Shown: piece after piece, positions 20,686-32,600 of the stretch
How positions within the stretch are numbered: the first letter of the stretch is position 1
Layout: each line of letters begins with the position of its first letter
Assembly: GCA_019828565.1 (NCBI GenBank)
Contig: JAHDYR010000003.1
Location: 248,001 to 312,000, forward strand
Direction: 5' to 3'
Origin: Carpediemonas membranifera BICM
Taxonomy: Eukaryota; Protista; Fornicata
Length of the DNA: 64,000 bases
Notes under the pieces: model-generated
Seen by the model: only the letters and a program-made list of their open reading frames with translations
What the model was told of the DNA's origin: nothing
Database searches by the model: none
Translations under genes and position numbers: made by a program

Positions 20686-21008
20686 TACGGTAGTCTTTGC
20701 CTGTCAAGATTGCGCGATTATTGTACGATACGCATAAATTATCCAGTTGAAAGTTTAGTGATTCCGGAGAGACAGGCTGATACGCGTGATTCGGTCGGTA
20801 GGAAATCTGGCTTTCACACGCGGATTATTGCCCATCGCCATTCGACAGTGGTAGTGATGTCTTAACCGGGTAGTGAGACGTTGATTCAGTCACAATATTT
20901 CCACTCCCCCCCGAATCACGAGATTATAATCAGATTCTGTTCCGGGTTGACTGCTCTTGACTTGTCTCGAAAATTCTCAGAGACAATTCCCGCTTCGTTA
21001 TTCCAACA

Positions 21009-22729
21009 ATGGAGAAGCTTGAGAACCTGTCCCCATACGCGTTCCTCGGGAAGAACGAATATCGTCCCAAGATCGCTCGCGTTGTCGGCTACGCCGCCAC
21101 CATGGCTGGCATGATCGGCCTCGCTGCTCTGTGGTGCTTTGCTCCCAACAGCGACCACCGCAAGTACTACAGCCATGTTCCCGATGGCGCCACTGATGCT
21201 GAGAAGCTTGCTTATAGAATCGAAGAGGGCTGGCGTTTCCTCCAGCTCCTTCTCGTCCTCATGCTCAACTATGTGGGTTTCCCCCTCCTCATGTATGTCC
21301 CCAGCCCCGTCCATAACGCAGGGTTTTCCCCCGTAAGGCCACCTCCTCTGTCCTGGCCTTTGCCTTTAAGACTGCCTCCATTTCTTTCCTCCTGATCACT
21401 TTCCTCCACTCTATGGTCAGCTGGCACTTTGACGACGACGAGATCCCCCTTGTCCACGTCATCCTCGAGGCCTCATTCGGTGTGGCCGCTGCCCAGATTG
21501 TCTTCAGCTCCGTTGAGGGCAACGTTTCCCACTTCCAGGTCGTTGTCATCGCCATCTCCGTCTCTGTCTTTTACACCCTCAACCTCGCCCTCAACGTCCG
21601 CGTCTTCAAGGTCATGGATGTCGGAGGCTCCATCCTCGTCCACCTGTTCGGTGGCCTCTTTGCACTCTCTTGCAACCTCGGCCTCTTTGGCGTCAACTAC
21701 ACTCTTCACCGCGCTGATAAGACCCGCGCCGGCTACAGGGCTCCTGATGATGGTGCCTGGCGCACTGGCGATGCCCTCGGCTACGCTGGTACCCTTATCC
21801 TCTTCGTGACGTGGCCCGCCTTCGCCGCTGGCCTCACCCCTCTCGAGCACTTCTTCGGCTCTGGCTTCAACTGCATCATCGCCCTGTGCGCCTCCTCTGT
21901 CTCTGCCTTCGTCTCCTCGGCCCTCGCTCGCGAGATTGCCAACAAGGACGGCACCTTCCGTTTCGACAACGTTGACATCATCAACGCCACCCTTGCCGGC
22001 GGTGTTGCTGTCGGTGCTACCGTCGACGCTGCCCTCCCCTTCGGTATCTTCGTCCTCCTCGGCGTCTTTGTCGGCTTCGTCTCGTCCTTTGGCTTCACCT
22101 TCGTCTCCCCCTTCCTTCTCAAGAAGATCGGCCTCCACGATACCTGCGGTGTCCTCAACCTCCACGTCATCCCCTCCATCATCGGCATCCTCTGGTCTCT
22201 CCCCGTCATCTATATCATCCTCGATAACGACGGTGGTGACGACGTCCTCTCCTATGCCATCACTGAGGCCCCCCACGACTCTATCGCCGCCTCTGTCGGC
22301 TACCAGATCGCCGGCATGCTCGCCACTATGTTCATCGCCGTCTGCGCTGGCTTCACCACTGGCCTTGTTGCCGGCAAGCTGGACCCCCTAACTTCGTCCA
22401 AGACTTTCGACGACGAGGAGTGGTTCCGTCTCGAGTACCCCGAGATGGAGTCCGCGTCTGAGACTGACGTCGAGGCCCCCCTCGAGCCCATCAAGCCCTC
22501 GGACCCCGTTCCCGAGCCCACCATCATCGACCCCACCGTTGACCCCATCCCCGACGAGACCCCCGAGACTCGCGACGACCAGACCCTGCCCGAGGCCGCC
22601 TCTGCCGACGAGTCTGCCCTGGTCGCTGCCAACGACTCTGAGGGCTCTGTCGTTGATGCTGAGGACCAGCCTATCATCGTTGCCCCCGAGTCCGACGAGG
22701 AGAACCTCCATAGCCTCCACGACGAGTAA
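21009..22729 (+). CDS. Rh-type ammonium transporter; intron 21293-21321
   Basis: Splicing gives VGFPLLM|VFPRK; DVGGSILVHLFGG, GTLILFVTWPAF, NATLAGGVAVG, HDTCGVLNLH. Confidence 0.9.
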
Positions 22730-23131
22730 GACAGTCATAAATGTACTGGTAGTTACCACAGGTCGCAGTTTTGGCAGTTTATTGATTGGATGCTTGATTC
22801 AATCATAAGTCAAGATTCTATCCCTTGATCGACGCGTCAAAGGACTCGAGACTTTCTGGATGGGAGTGTTATAGCGATTGGAATCATGTATGAATTGATA
22901 TCAGTCCAAATATTTGCTTGATTCGCTGACCCGTGGAGCTGATTCGCGTTTGACTTCAAAAGAATCTGTGCTCCATTTTCACTTTTGTGCTAAATCGTGG
23001 GTCTACCCGGCCTGTGAGCTTCAGGGTCCACTCTGGACGTCATTTACGAGGAGCATGTACACCGAGATCTCGCCAAAATCAGTGTATATGGTCAAATCTG
23101 ACTTTACTCAGATCATCCACTTGTTGCCCAA

Positions 23132-25725
23132 ATGTTTGCAAGAAGCATTACGCTCTTTGCCCTTTTGGCCATCGTTGTGGCAAGCGATTACACCGCTTGG
23201 GCTTCTCCCTCCAACGATGTAGGCATCGCCATCTACTACGCGAAGCCTTCCCAATGGAAGTCCTGCTATCTTCACTACAGCCTCGATGGTAAGACCTGGA
23301 ACACTGTTCCTGGTGACCTTATGGCGCGTTCTCGCCGTTCTGGCTACTCGCAGTTCTACGTTTCCGTTCTTCCTACCGCCACGAAGGTGACATTCGTCAC
23401 TACGAACGGTGAGGGCGCTTGGGACAATAACGGTGGCCGTAACTACGTTGCCACTGGTGCCGGCGCCTATCTTGTTGACAACGGATCAGTGAAACCCGTC
23501 TCTCTTACCTGCCAGGGCTCTCCCATCTGCTCTGGCCACGGCACATGCCACGCCGACGGCCACTGCGTCTGCCAGAAGAGCTGGGGCGGTGAGTCCTGCA
23601 ACCGCCAGTGCCCTGGCGGCAGCAAGCCATGCAACGGTCACGGCTACTGCTCTACCTCTGCCACATGCGTCTGTGACGCCGGTTGGGCCTCCTGCTCCGG
23701 CGTGGACTGCGGCACAAGTGTCTATACTGACAACCAGAACTGCGGCGCCTGCGGTGTTGTCTGCCAGGCCATGCCCAACGATGCTTCTGCCAAGTGTGCC
23801 GGCGGCAAGTGCCTCCGCACCTGCAAGTCCGGCTTCACACTCTGCAGCGACGGCACCTGCCTCGCCAAGTGCCCCGAACCCCCGCTTCCCGGCTGCCAGA
23901 CCTACAACCCGAACAACTGCGTCGGCAATAACATTGACACTCCCGATTCCCTTGCTGCCAACACGTTCCAGACGCCCAAGCCCGGGTCGACTCACTACCA
24001 CCCCTCCTACCAGGCGTACTACCGCATGGTTGGCTGGCCGTCCATCAAGTACTCTGCTGACCGCAAGAGCGCCACTGTCTCGATCAACCTCAAGCAGGCG
24101 TCTGCCCACAAGACCGACAAGATCACCTACGTCTTCAACGGTGTCTCCCAAAGCTCACCCAGCAAGACTTTCGACTCATCTTTCAAGGATACTCTCACGA
24201 TTAAGGTCGTGGCCGATGGCACCGAGACTATCGAGCTCGAACAAGTCAACTTTATCTGGCAAAACGAGCCCCTCGTTCAGCACTGGCCCAATGGTGACTA
24301 CCGTAACGGCCAGAAGGGCGCTGTCGTCGAGCTATTCATGTGGCCGCACATGGACGTTGCTAAGGAGTGCGAGGCCATCGGCAAGGCTGGCTACCTCGGC
24401 GTGAAGATCTCGCCGACCAATGAATACGTCATGTCCACCCAGCCCTTCAACAACGAGCTCAACCCGTGGTACTTCGCATACCAACCGACCTCCTACATCC
24501 TAGAAGGCCGTGGTGGCACCCGTGACCAGCTCCGCACGATGATCACCGAGTGCCGCAAGCAAGGCGTCCGTGTCTACGCTGACGCCGTCATTAACCACAT
24601 GACTGGCTGCGGCAACGACGCCAACTGGGCCCACCGCGACAACCACTGCACCACCTGGCCCGGCAAGCAGACTACCGCTGCCAACATGTCTCCCTACTAC
24701 ACCGAGTGCTTCGACTACATCCCCAACGACAACACGGGGCTGCCCTGGATGGAAGAGTTCCCCGGCGCTGCCTGGCAGAGTGTCGACTTCCACTGCCAGC
24801 GGGCGCTTAACTCTTGGACTGACCCCCTTGACCTGGACGCTGGCTGGCTCACGGGCCTCACTGATCTGAACACTGGAAGGGACAATGTTCGCGGTCGTCT
24901 GGCTGACTATCTCACTCAACTTCTTGGGGCCGGGTTCACCGGCTTCCGTGTTGACGCGGCCAAGCACATCAAGCCAGAGTCTCTCGCTGCTATCTTCGGC
25001 AACCTGCGTCGGAACCTCGGCGGCAAGCTTCCCGAGGACTTCTTCTGCTACCTCGAAGTCCTTACAGGCGGCGAGAAGGATATGCTTCTCTGCGACGGCA
25101 GCTCCGGCTACAACTACGGCGAGGAGCTCGTCGGCCACCTCCAAAAACAGGGCTTTGACGCCGATGACATCGACAAGATCAAGATTTGGTTTAGCCCCTT
25201 CCCCAACGACCCGAACGGTGCCTGCGGCAAGATCTCCCGTAAGCGCCTCGTCATTGAGAACGACGACTCTGGTTAGTACTCCCTCGCTTCTCTCACACAG
25301 ACCAACAGAACCCTGGGTCCTCCTCTCGCGACATGCACGACAAGGGCGTCATCCTCGTCAAGACGGGCGACATTGCCGGACATCGTCACTTTGAGAAGCA
25401 GCTCTTCGACGGACCTAATGGAGTTAACGACAATGCCAACGATTGGCCCATCCGCCTTGTTCTCTCTTCTTACTGGTTCGCTGAGAACGGCGCCATGGCC
25501 CCACCCGACGGCAAGTCTGACTGCAAGCAATGCAAGGTGACCTGTGACGGCTGCAAGACGGTGGAGTATACCCCCGCCTACGTGTACGATGCCTGTGGGT
25601 ACACCAAGCCTGGGTACACCAGGGTGCATCGTGATAAGACCATCATTAACGCCATGCGAGGATGGATGGGGCTCAGCACCAACGAGGCTAACTCTGCCAT
25701 TGGTCTGCCCGACGGCTGCAACTAA
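23132..25725 (+). CDS. Secreted GH13 alpha-amylase with N-terminal CBM25-like module and EGF/Cys-rich linker; intron 25272-25300
   Basis: Signal peptide; WDNNGGRNY; EGF-like CSGHGTC; DAVINH, GFRVDAAKH; a 29-nt intron joins NDDS-DQQNPGSSSRDM. Confidence 0.9.
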
Positions 25726-25932
25726 CCAGGTTCTATAAATCACTGCTGACTGAGGGTTGGGTGGCAGTGGCGGTGTTGGGCTGGACGCTGGCTGGTACTT
25801 CTGGCAGAAATATTGCTATGTGTGGTCTCATCATAGCGCAGTGACATGCTGAACGCCACGCGGTGGTTTCCTGTCTCGCCCTCGGGATTGATTTATGTTG
25901 TGGTCTTTTCTGGCAATACGTTCCCGTTGTCC

Positions 25933-27672
25933 ATGAACACGAATCTGCAGCCCGCAATCGTCTTGCTGAAGGATGGAAGCGAACAAGCACAAGGTTCCTC
26001 TCATATACTCACAAACATCAAGGCCTCTAAGGCTGTTTGCGACACAATCAAGACAACCCTTGGCCCAAGAGGCATGGATAAGCTCCTCCAGGGACAGAAC
26101 GGCACTATCGTAAGCAACGATGGTGCTACTATCATGCGCGAGCTCGATGTTGTTCACCCCGCCGCCAAGACCCTTGTCGACATTTCCCGTGCTCAGGACA
26201 TCGAGATCGGTGATGGTACCACCTCTGTCGTGGTTCTTGCTGGCGCTATGCTTGAAGCTGCCCGCCCTTACATCGAGGAGGGCATTCACGCCAACACTAT
26301 CATCTCTACGTTCCGCAAGGGCGGCGAGCTCGCGGCGAAGGTTGTGGAAGCCTTTGCCACAACTCAGGCTACTGATACTGAGGTTCTGCGTCGTCTCGCC
26401 TCCACCTCCATGAACTCCAAGCTGATCTCAGCAAGCAGCAAGTTCCTGTCTCAGCTTGTGGTCGACGCCGTCTCGGTTGACGCCGAGCTTGGCATCAAGA
26501 CCGAGCTTGGCGGCTCGCTCGAGGAGACACAGCTGATCCACGGCATTGCGTTCAAGAGAACGTTCACATATGCCGGTGCCGAACAGCAGGAGAAGCACTT
26601 CGTGAACCCCAAGATCGCGCTCCTCAACGTCGAGCTCGAGCTCAAGGCCGAGAAGGACAATGCTGAGATCCGCATCTCTGATCCCGCTAAGTTCCAGGAG
26701 ATCGTGGCGACCGAGCACGACATCATTCGCTCCAAGCTCGAGACCATCAAGGCAACGGGCGCCAACGTCGTCCTCTCCAAGCTCGCCATCGGTGATCTCG
26801 CCACGCAGTGGTTTGCTGACGAGGGCATGTTCTCTGCCGGCCGAGTCGACGGCGACGACATGAAGCGTCTCGTCGCTGCTACCGGCGGTAAGGTGCTCTC
26901 TACTGTCAACGGCATGAACGCGACACACCTCGGTGTCTGCGAGTCCTTCGACGAGGAGTATCTCGGGTCGACCCCCTACAACTTCTTCCGCGGCTGCCCC
27001 GCTGCCACGCTCATCATCAGAGGTGGTGCTGAGCAGTTTATCGCAGAGACGGAACGCTCGCTCCATGACGCCATCATGGTTGTCCGCCGCTCAATCAAGA
27101 CCACCAACCAGCGCGTCGTTGCTGGTGGCGGAGCCGTTGAGATGGAGATCTCCCGCCAGCTCCAGGAGGCCGCGGGCGAGATCGTCGGCAAGGAGCAATT
27201 CCTTCTCGGCGCGTACGGCAAGGCGTTCGAGACCATCCCCCGCCAGCTCATCGAGAACGCCGGCTTCGACGCCACGACTGTGCTTAACATGCTTCGTACC
27301 GTCCACGCTGAGCCCGACGTCGCCTTTGACTCGACTCAACCCGAGTCTGACTTCAACCGCAACCGGTTTGCTGGTGTCAACATCAAGGAGGAGGGCATCA
27401 TCAACACCCACGCCGCCTTTGTCTGGGAGCCCATCCAGATCAAGCTCAACGCGATCCAGGCCGCCACTGAGGCTGCCTGCCAGATCCTGTCGATCGATAT
27501 GACTGTGTCCAACCCCAAGCACGAGCAGGCCCAGGCCCAGGCCAGGCAAGACCACCACGCGATGCAGCAGAAGATGGCCAACGCCGGCATTACGCCCCAG
27601 GCCGCTGCGGCTGGTATGGGCGGTGGCATGGGCGGCGGCATGAGGCATTTCCAGGGCCGCCGCGGAAGATAA
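25933..27672 (+). CDS. CCT7: T-complex protein 1 subunit eta
   Basis: TTLGPRGMDK, GDGTTSV, FKRTFTYAGAEQQ, ELELKAEKDNAE (eta-specific). Confidence 0.93.
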   Translation: MNTNLQPAIVLLKDGSEQAQGSSHILTNIKASKAVCDTIKTTLGPRGMDKLLQGQNGTIVSNDGATIMRELDVVHPAAKTLVDISRAQDIEIGDGTTSVVVLAGAMLEAARPYIEEGIHANTIISTFRKGGELAAKVVEAFATTQATDTEVLRRLASTSMNSKLISASSKFLSQLVVDAVSVDAELGIKTELGGSLEETQLIHGIAFKRTFTYAGAEQQEKHFVNPKIALLNVELELKAEKDNAEIRISDPAKFQEIVATEHDIIRSKLETIKATGANVVLSKLAIGDLATQWFADEGMFSAGRVDGDDMKRLVAATGGKVLSTVNGMNATHLGVCESFDEEYLGSTPYNFFRGCPAATLIIRGGAEQFIAETERSLHDAIMVVRRSIKTTNQRVVAGGGAVEMEISRQLQEAAGEIVGKEQFLLGAYGKAFETIPRQLIENAGFDATTVLNMLRTVHAEPDVAFDSTQPESDFNRNRFAGVNIKEEGIINTHAAFVWEPIQIKLNAIQAATEAACQILSIDMTVSNPKHEQAQAQARQDHHAMQQKMANAGITPQAAAAGMGGGMGGGMRHFQGRRGR

Positions 27673-28425
27673 ATAGTAGATGGCCATGAGTCTTTTTGGT
27701 TCTAGTATCTGATTGTTTCCATCTGTCACAATACTAGAAGCTATTGTCGACCACGGCAACACGACTATTCAGTCAATCGAGCAGGTCTGGTAGCAGCTGG
27801 CCTGGTGAACGGCAACGGACTGGGATAAGAAGAATGTGGATTGGGTTTGGCTAGTCACAGGCAAGGTTCGATTGCATCTTGAAGTGATACAGAGGCTGGT
27901 AAATACGTATATTTTTTGAATCCAGAACCGGAAAGTTTAAACAACAAGGGGTTGACATGTCATTTCGGACGACAGCATTCCGCTGGTTAGTTGCTCCCAC
28001 CGTCTGCCACAGCCACGCCTTGAAGTCGTCTGGGGACACAACTCTGGACCCGACCCACATCCTTGGCCAATGTCTCTGTCTTTCTTCTCGGATATGAGAG
28101 TGCTGAATGGTGGTGTTGGTCACCCCATGCCAGTGTTAGCAGTCAGTGGATGGTTGTGGTTGTCAGATATGTTAAGGTGTACCAGACGGGGCGTGTGATG
28201 AATGAAGTGACGACGCTCCCAGCTCCAGCGACGAGGACATGATCAACAGAGCGAATCATACTCGAAAATCGGTAACAGCCAAAACCTCGAAGCAGACTGC
28301 ACCGATCATAAATTCACCTTGAGCTCACCCCCTGAAATTTCGATGAAACAACTGCCTCTACCACAAGTCTGGGGCAATAAATCGAACAGCGAACAGGCCA
28401 TTTAACAGAAGCAGCAGTGCCTGCT

Positions 28426-29434
28426 CTACTCCATCGGAACATCCTCGTTTGCGGCAAAAGTGCTCCTCGTTAGATATCCGAGAATATGACGGAGAGAGAT
28501 CACAAACTTCAGCTTCCCAGCGTCGTCAACAATGATAACCCTCGTCAGATGTTGCTCAGCCACCAGCTTGATAACCTCGCCGAACAGCACGCTTGGGGGC
28601 CGACAAATCATGCGAGTATCCTCGGCCTGAACTACAAGAACGTCCTCGAGCTTAACAGTTCCCATATCTCCAAGAGTGGAAGGCAGGGCGCGGGATAGAC
28701 GGATGAAGTCGTTCTTCGAGATGAGCGAAATGACGTGATCATCGTCGTCTACGATGGGGATGGCCGAAATGTGGCGGTCGGTAAGGATTCGGACGGCGTC
28801 GAGGACAAGGGTCGAGCCGCGCACAGTGGGGCAGTTTTCGTCCACGTAGAAGCCCTCTAGCTCATTCACTGGGGTGTCCAACACCTGTGAGGGAAGTCTG
28901 AATCGCGAGACCAAATGGCGGATGAGACGACTGAAAGTGACCGTGAAAATGAGGGACTCCGCGTCACTAGACTGCTTCATCACTGGTATACGGTGAATGT
29001 CGTTCTCGAGAAGGATCTGAGTCGTTTCACTCAGACTCATTTCAGGACGAACAAAGAGGAGCCCCCGGCCTGAATCATACTGATGCATCCAGTCCTTGAG
29101 GATAATGTTGTCCAAGTAGTGGAATATGTGGCTGGATTGAGGCTTGTCGCGGACGAAATGGTCGTATACCATGAGGAATGAGCTCATGATGTCCTTTCCA
29201 GTCCATATACCAGTGTACTTCATCAGTATGGCGTCCCAAACTAGGGCGTGAGTTACTGCTGTGTAAATACGGTGTTGGGGACGAACAGTTGTCGGCGAGC
29301 GTCCTCCAGATCCGGTACAGGCTCATTGTGTTGTCGACGACAATGACACGTCCACTGTCGGGCATCATGTCGTAGCATGTGCTTGTTTTAAAGAAGTCTG
29401 CGATCGTTTCGCTCTGATTATTATCCTCCGTCAT
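28426..29434 (-). CDS. AMPK gamma/SNF4-like CBS-domain protein; intron 29259-29286
   Basis: TCYDMMPDSGRVIVVD; splicing gives LADNS-VTHALVWD; IHRIPV, ISAIPIVD CBS motifs. Confidence 0.88.
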
Positions 29435-29600
29435 TATAGGACGATGTCTGGTGTCTCAACGCTCGTTGCTTTTTATGAAGCACTCAAAAACTGTGGGAGG
29501 GCCTCATAGGACCTGCCATACGCCCTAGAGCATGCCTTGTAGTCTCTTGAGGGCACCCACACTTTCTTGGAAATTGTGCAGGTCGGTATTGCACGAGCAG

Positions 29601-32600
29601 ATGAGGCCATTCTTGCTTCTCCTGCTCCTTGCCGCATGCTATTGCCTCTTTATAAGCGCCGAAACTACATACAAGAGCGATGACGAGCTGCAGCACTTCT
29701 ACGCGAACGAGGACGTCACTGTTACAATGGAGAACTACATCCTGGACGGAAACGCCGTCTATGTTGACTTCGGGGACGGTACTACAGTTGCGTGGTCCAG
29801 CACAGAAGAAGCCACACACGTTTATTCCGCTGCAGGCAACTATACGCTCACGATCTACTATTGCAGCGGCACGACAGGCACTACGCCCGTACCGACGTGT
29901 GATGATGTCTATTCACCCTTCACCCGTGCCCGGGTGGAGGTGCATGAGCGGGACCTGTGCTATCGCCTCCATGCCCGCGCCGTGGGCAACGAACAAGCCT
30001 CCTCTCTTGCCATTAACAACGGCGCGAGCATCGCTGTGTTCATTGAGGACCCTACCGGTGCCCTGGACTCTGCCACGCTGGCCAAGATGTACCAGAGCAT
30101 CGGCTTCGACCCCACCGTCGAGCCAACCAACAGTAGCGTCACCGTCACCGACGGTGCTTTCGATGAAGGCCACGGTTGCTGGAACTACACAGTCACGTCG
30201 AGCCAACAGGCCCCCGCGGTGCACGTGGAGCTCACACTGCGGGCCCCAGGGTACAACCACGGCAGCTGCCTGGTTGGATCGACCGTCATCCACCTCACGC
30301 TGATCAACGCACTCTCCTTCGACGACTTCGGCCATCTACCGGGCACTGCGACCAGCAGGATAGCCCAGGACATCGTCAGCAAGGGCTTCATCCCGACATC
30401 CCTCGGGGTCGCCACCCACCCCTGCACCCCTGCCGTCGGCATCGTCTGGATGACTGGAGGCCAGCCAGACTCAACCGACCCCGGCTATGACACCACCATC
30501 AGGGGCCTGGGCACATTGGTCTGGACTACCATGGATGGATTCGACACTGTGACACCGATTGACTTGGCAAGGGTTGATGAGCTCGATATCTTGACCGCAG
30601 ACGACCTTGATACGTCCATTGACAACTCCACATCGATCTGTGTGAGTAGTAGTATCAGATCTTGCCTTGGTATGGAGATTTATTCGATCTCGTTCGTCGG
30701 GGGTGACTATTCAATGATCGCGCTGACTTCCGAGGGCCCTGTGTTCATCCAGAGCCCCATAGCAGACGAGGCAGAAGCACTACACGCGACACTGACCGTC
30801 GCCAACTTTACCAGCATGAATTCTGACATCCTGACAACGCTTGACGGTCGAATGTCGACCGTACCTTACGAGTACGCCTCGCTGAGGGTCGCCCCGTACT
30901 GTCCTACTTACGGTGCCGACTCGACTTCCATGGTGACACTTGTGGTCGGCGGATCTGATGAATTTATGATGTACTCAGCCGTGGAGACTCGGTACTACGC
31001 TGTCCCAACGAGCGTGTCCTTTGCCGACCTCACTGACGATGAACGGGACGAGTATCAGGTGCACGCCCAGTCAGATATCGACCTTTCTATCGCCCACACC
31101 GTGGTCAGTGAGCCCAACTCCTGGACTGCGGTGGCCATTCCGAGCACACTAGCATTGGGTGAGCAGACTATCTTAGATGCTGTGTACAGCGTTGGCCAGC
31201 AGGCTTTCTTCTTCCTGACCAAGGACTCGAGCGATGAGCGTCGGGTTCTGCAGGCATACCAGGTGGAAGGCGAAGACGACACGACATCCGAGCAGGGCCA
31301 CTGGGTGGTCAGCGCGGGCTTTGGTGACCACACTGTGGTCGGAATTGAGCTCAGCGGGCCTAGTCTACTGGCCTACGGCGAACATGTCTGGGCGAGCTGG
31401 ATTGGAGACCTTGTGTTTCATGTACAGGTCAACTTCCCAGCGGGGGTGCTGGTTGAAACTCTCGTAACACAGCAGAACGAGCCGTATCTCGCCACTGCCA
31501 TCGACAGTGACGGCTTGCTCTACGTGCTAAGGCCGCCCATGCCTGGTGTCGGCGCCGTAGGACCCACTGCCGCTGGGATACTCTCATACCCACTGTGTAT
31601 GGTGGGGTTCGCCGCCGCCACGCTCACTGTGGAGATGCCCGCCGCGTACACCGGCGTCAGTGGCGATTATCCACTCGGGATCCTCTCTGACGTCGACTCC
31701 CTGGCCGTCAACCCGTTTAAGGTGGTGAGTATCCCATACGGCGCATTGCTGCTTGACATCACGCCCAGCAGCGCTACAAGGGGTATATCATGGGTGCCTG
31801 ATATTCTCCCAGCTTCATACCACGATGTGATGTGGACGCCGATGAATATCACCAGCGGCCTCCAGGCAGAGGTCGACCTCGATTTCACCATCGCATACAC
31901 CCTGACGGCTGGGGAATGGAGCAGTACGATCATCGGGGTTGACGGCAGGTTCGTCGAAACCAGCCACGACTTTGACGCACCGGTCGCTGCCACGACTCAC
32001 CCAGCCCTGCTCGCAGACCTCGCACCGACCTTCACATCAGCGACGGGAGACACATGGCCGGCCATGGGAGATGCAGCGGTGCTGACACTAGACATCAGCG
32101 CCCTTGCAGCCGCTGATCAGGTGGGATGGACGGGCAACTGCGTTGGGATGACCGTGCATTTTAAGACCGCTGGGGCCATCATCGTCACCGAAATAGTCTC
32201 GCAGACAGTTGCTAACGGCGTCATCGTGTTCCCCGGCCAACTCTCTCGTGTCCTCGGCACCACCGTCGAACCCGGCCGGTGGACGCTGTTCGCAGGCAAC
32301 GTACCATCCAACGTCGCAGCCCTCAGCCTTGGGCAGGCCCTCACGGTCTCAGCCCCGGCCGGGTCGCCCCCGGTGCAGACTCTGACACTTTCAGGAGACC
32401 CGCTCAGCACGTTCACGTGGGATGACGCGGATGTTGGGTATATCGTAGAAATCGACGGTGAGCGGGCAATCATCACCGCCATCGGCTCGTCAACTGTCGC
32501 CACAACCCTCCAGACGGGCGCCACTGCTCTCACAGCTGGCGCATACACCCTGACCGACTCGCTCACAGTCTCACCACCCGCTGATAGTGTCAGGCCGCAC

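Noticed and set aside
27700-28420. Unusually long intergenic stretch with a GGTTCGA T-loop-like word
   Set aside because: No tRNA cloverleaf or other recognisable RNA could be built
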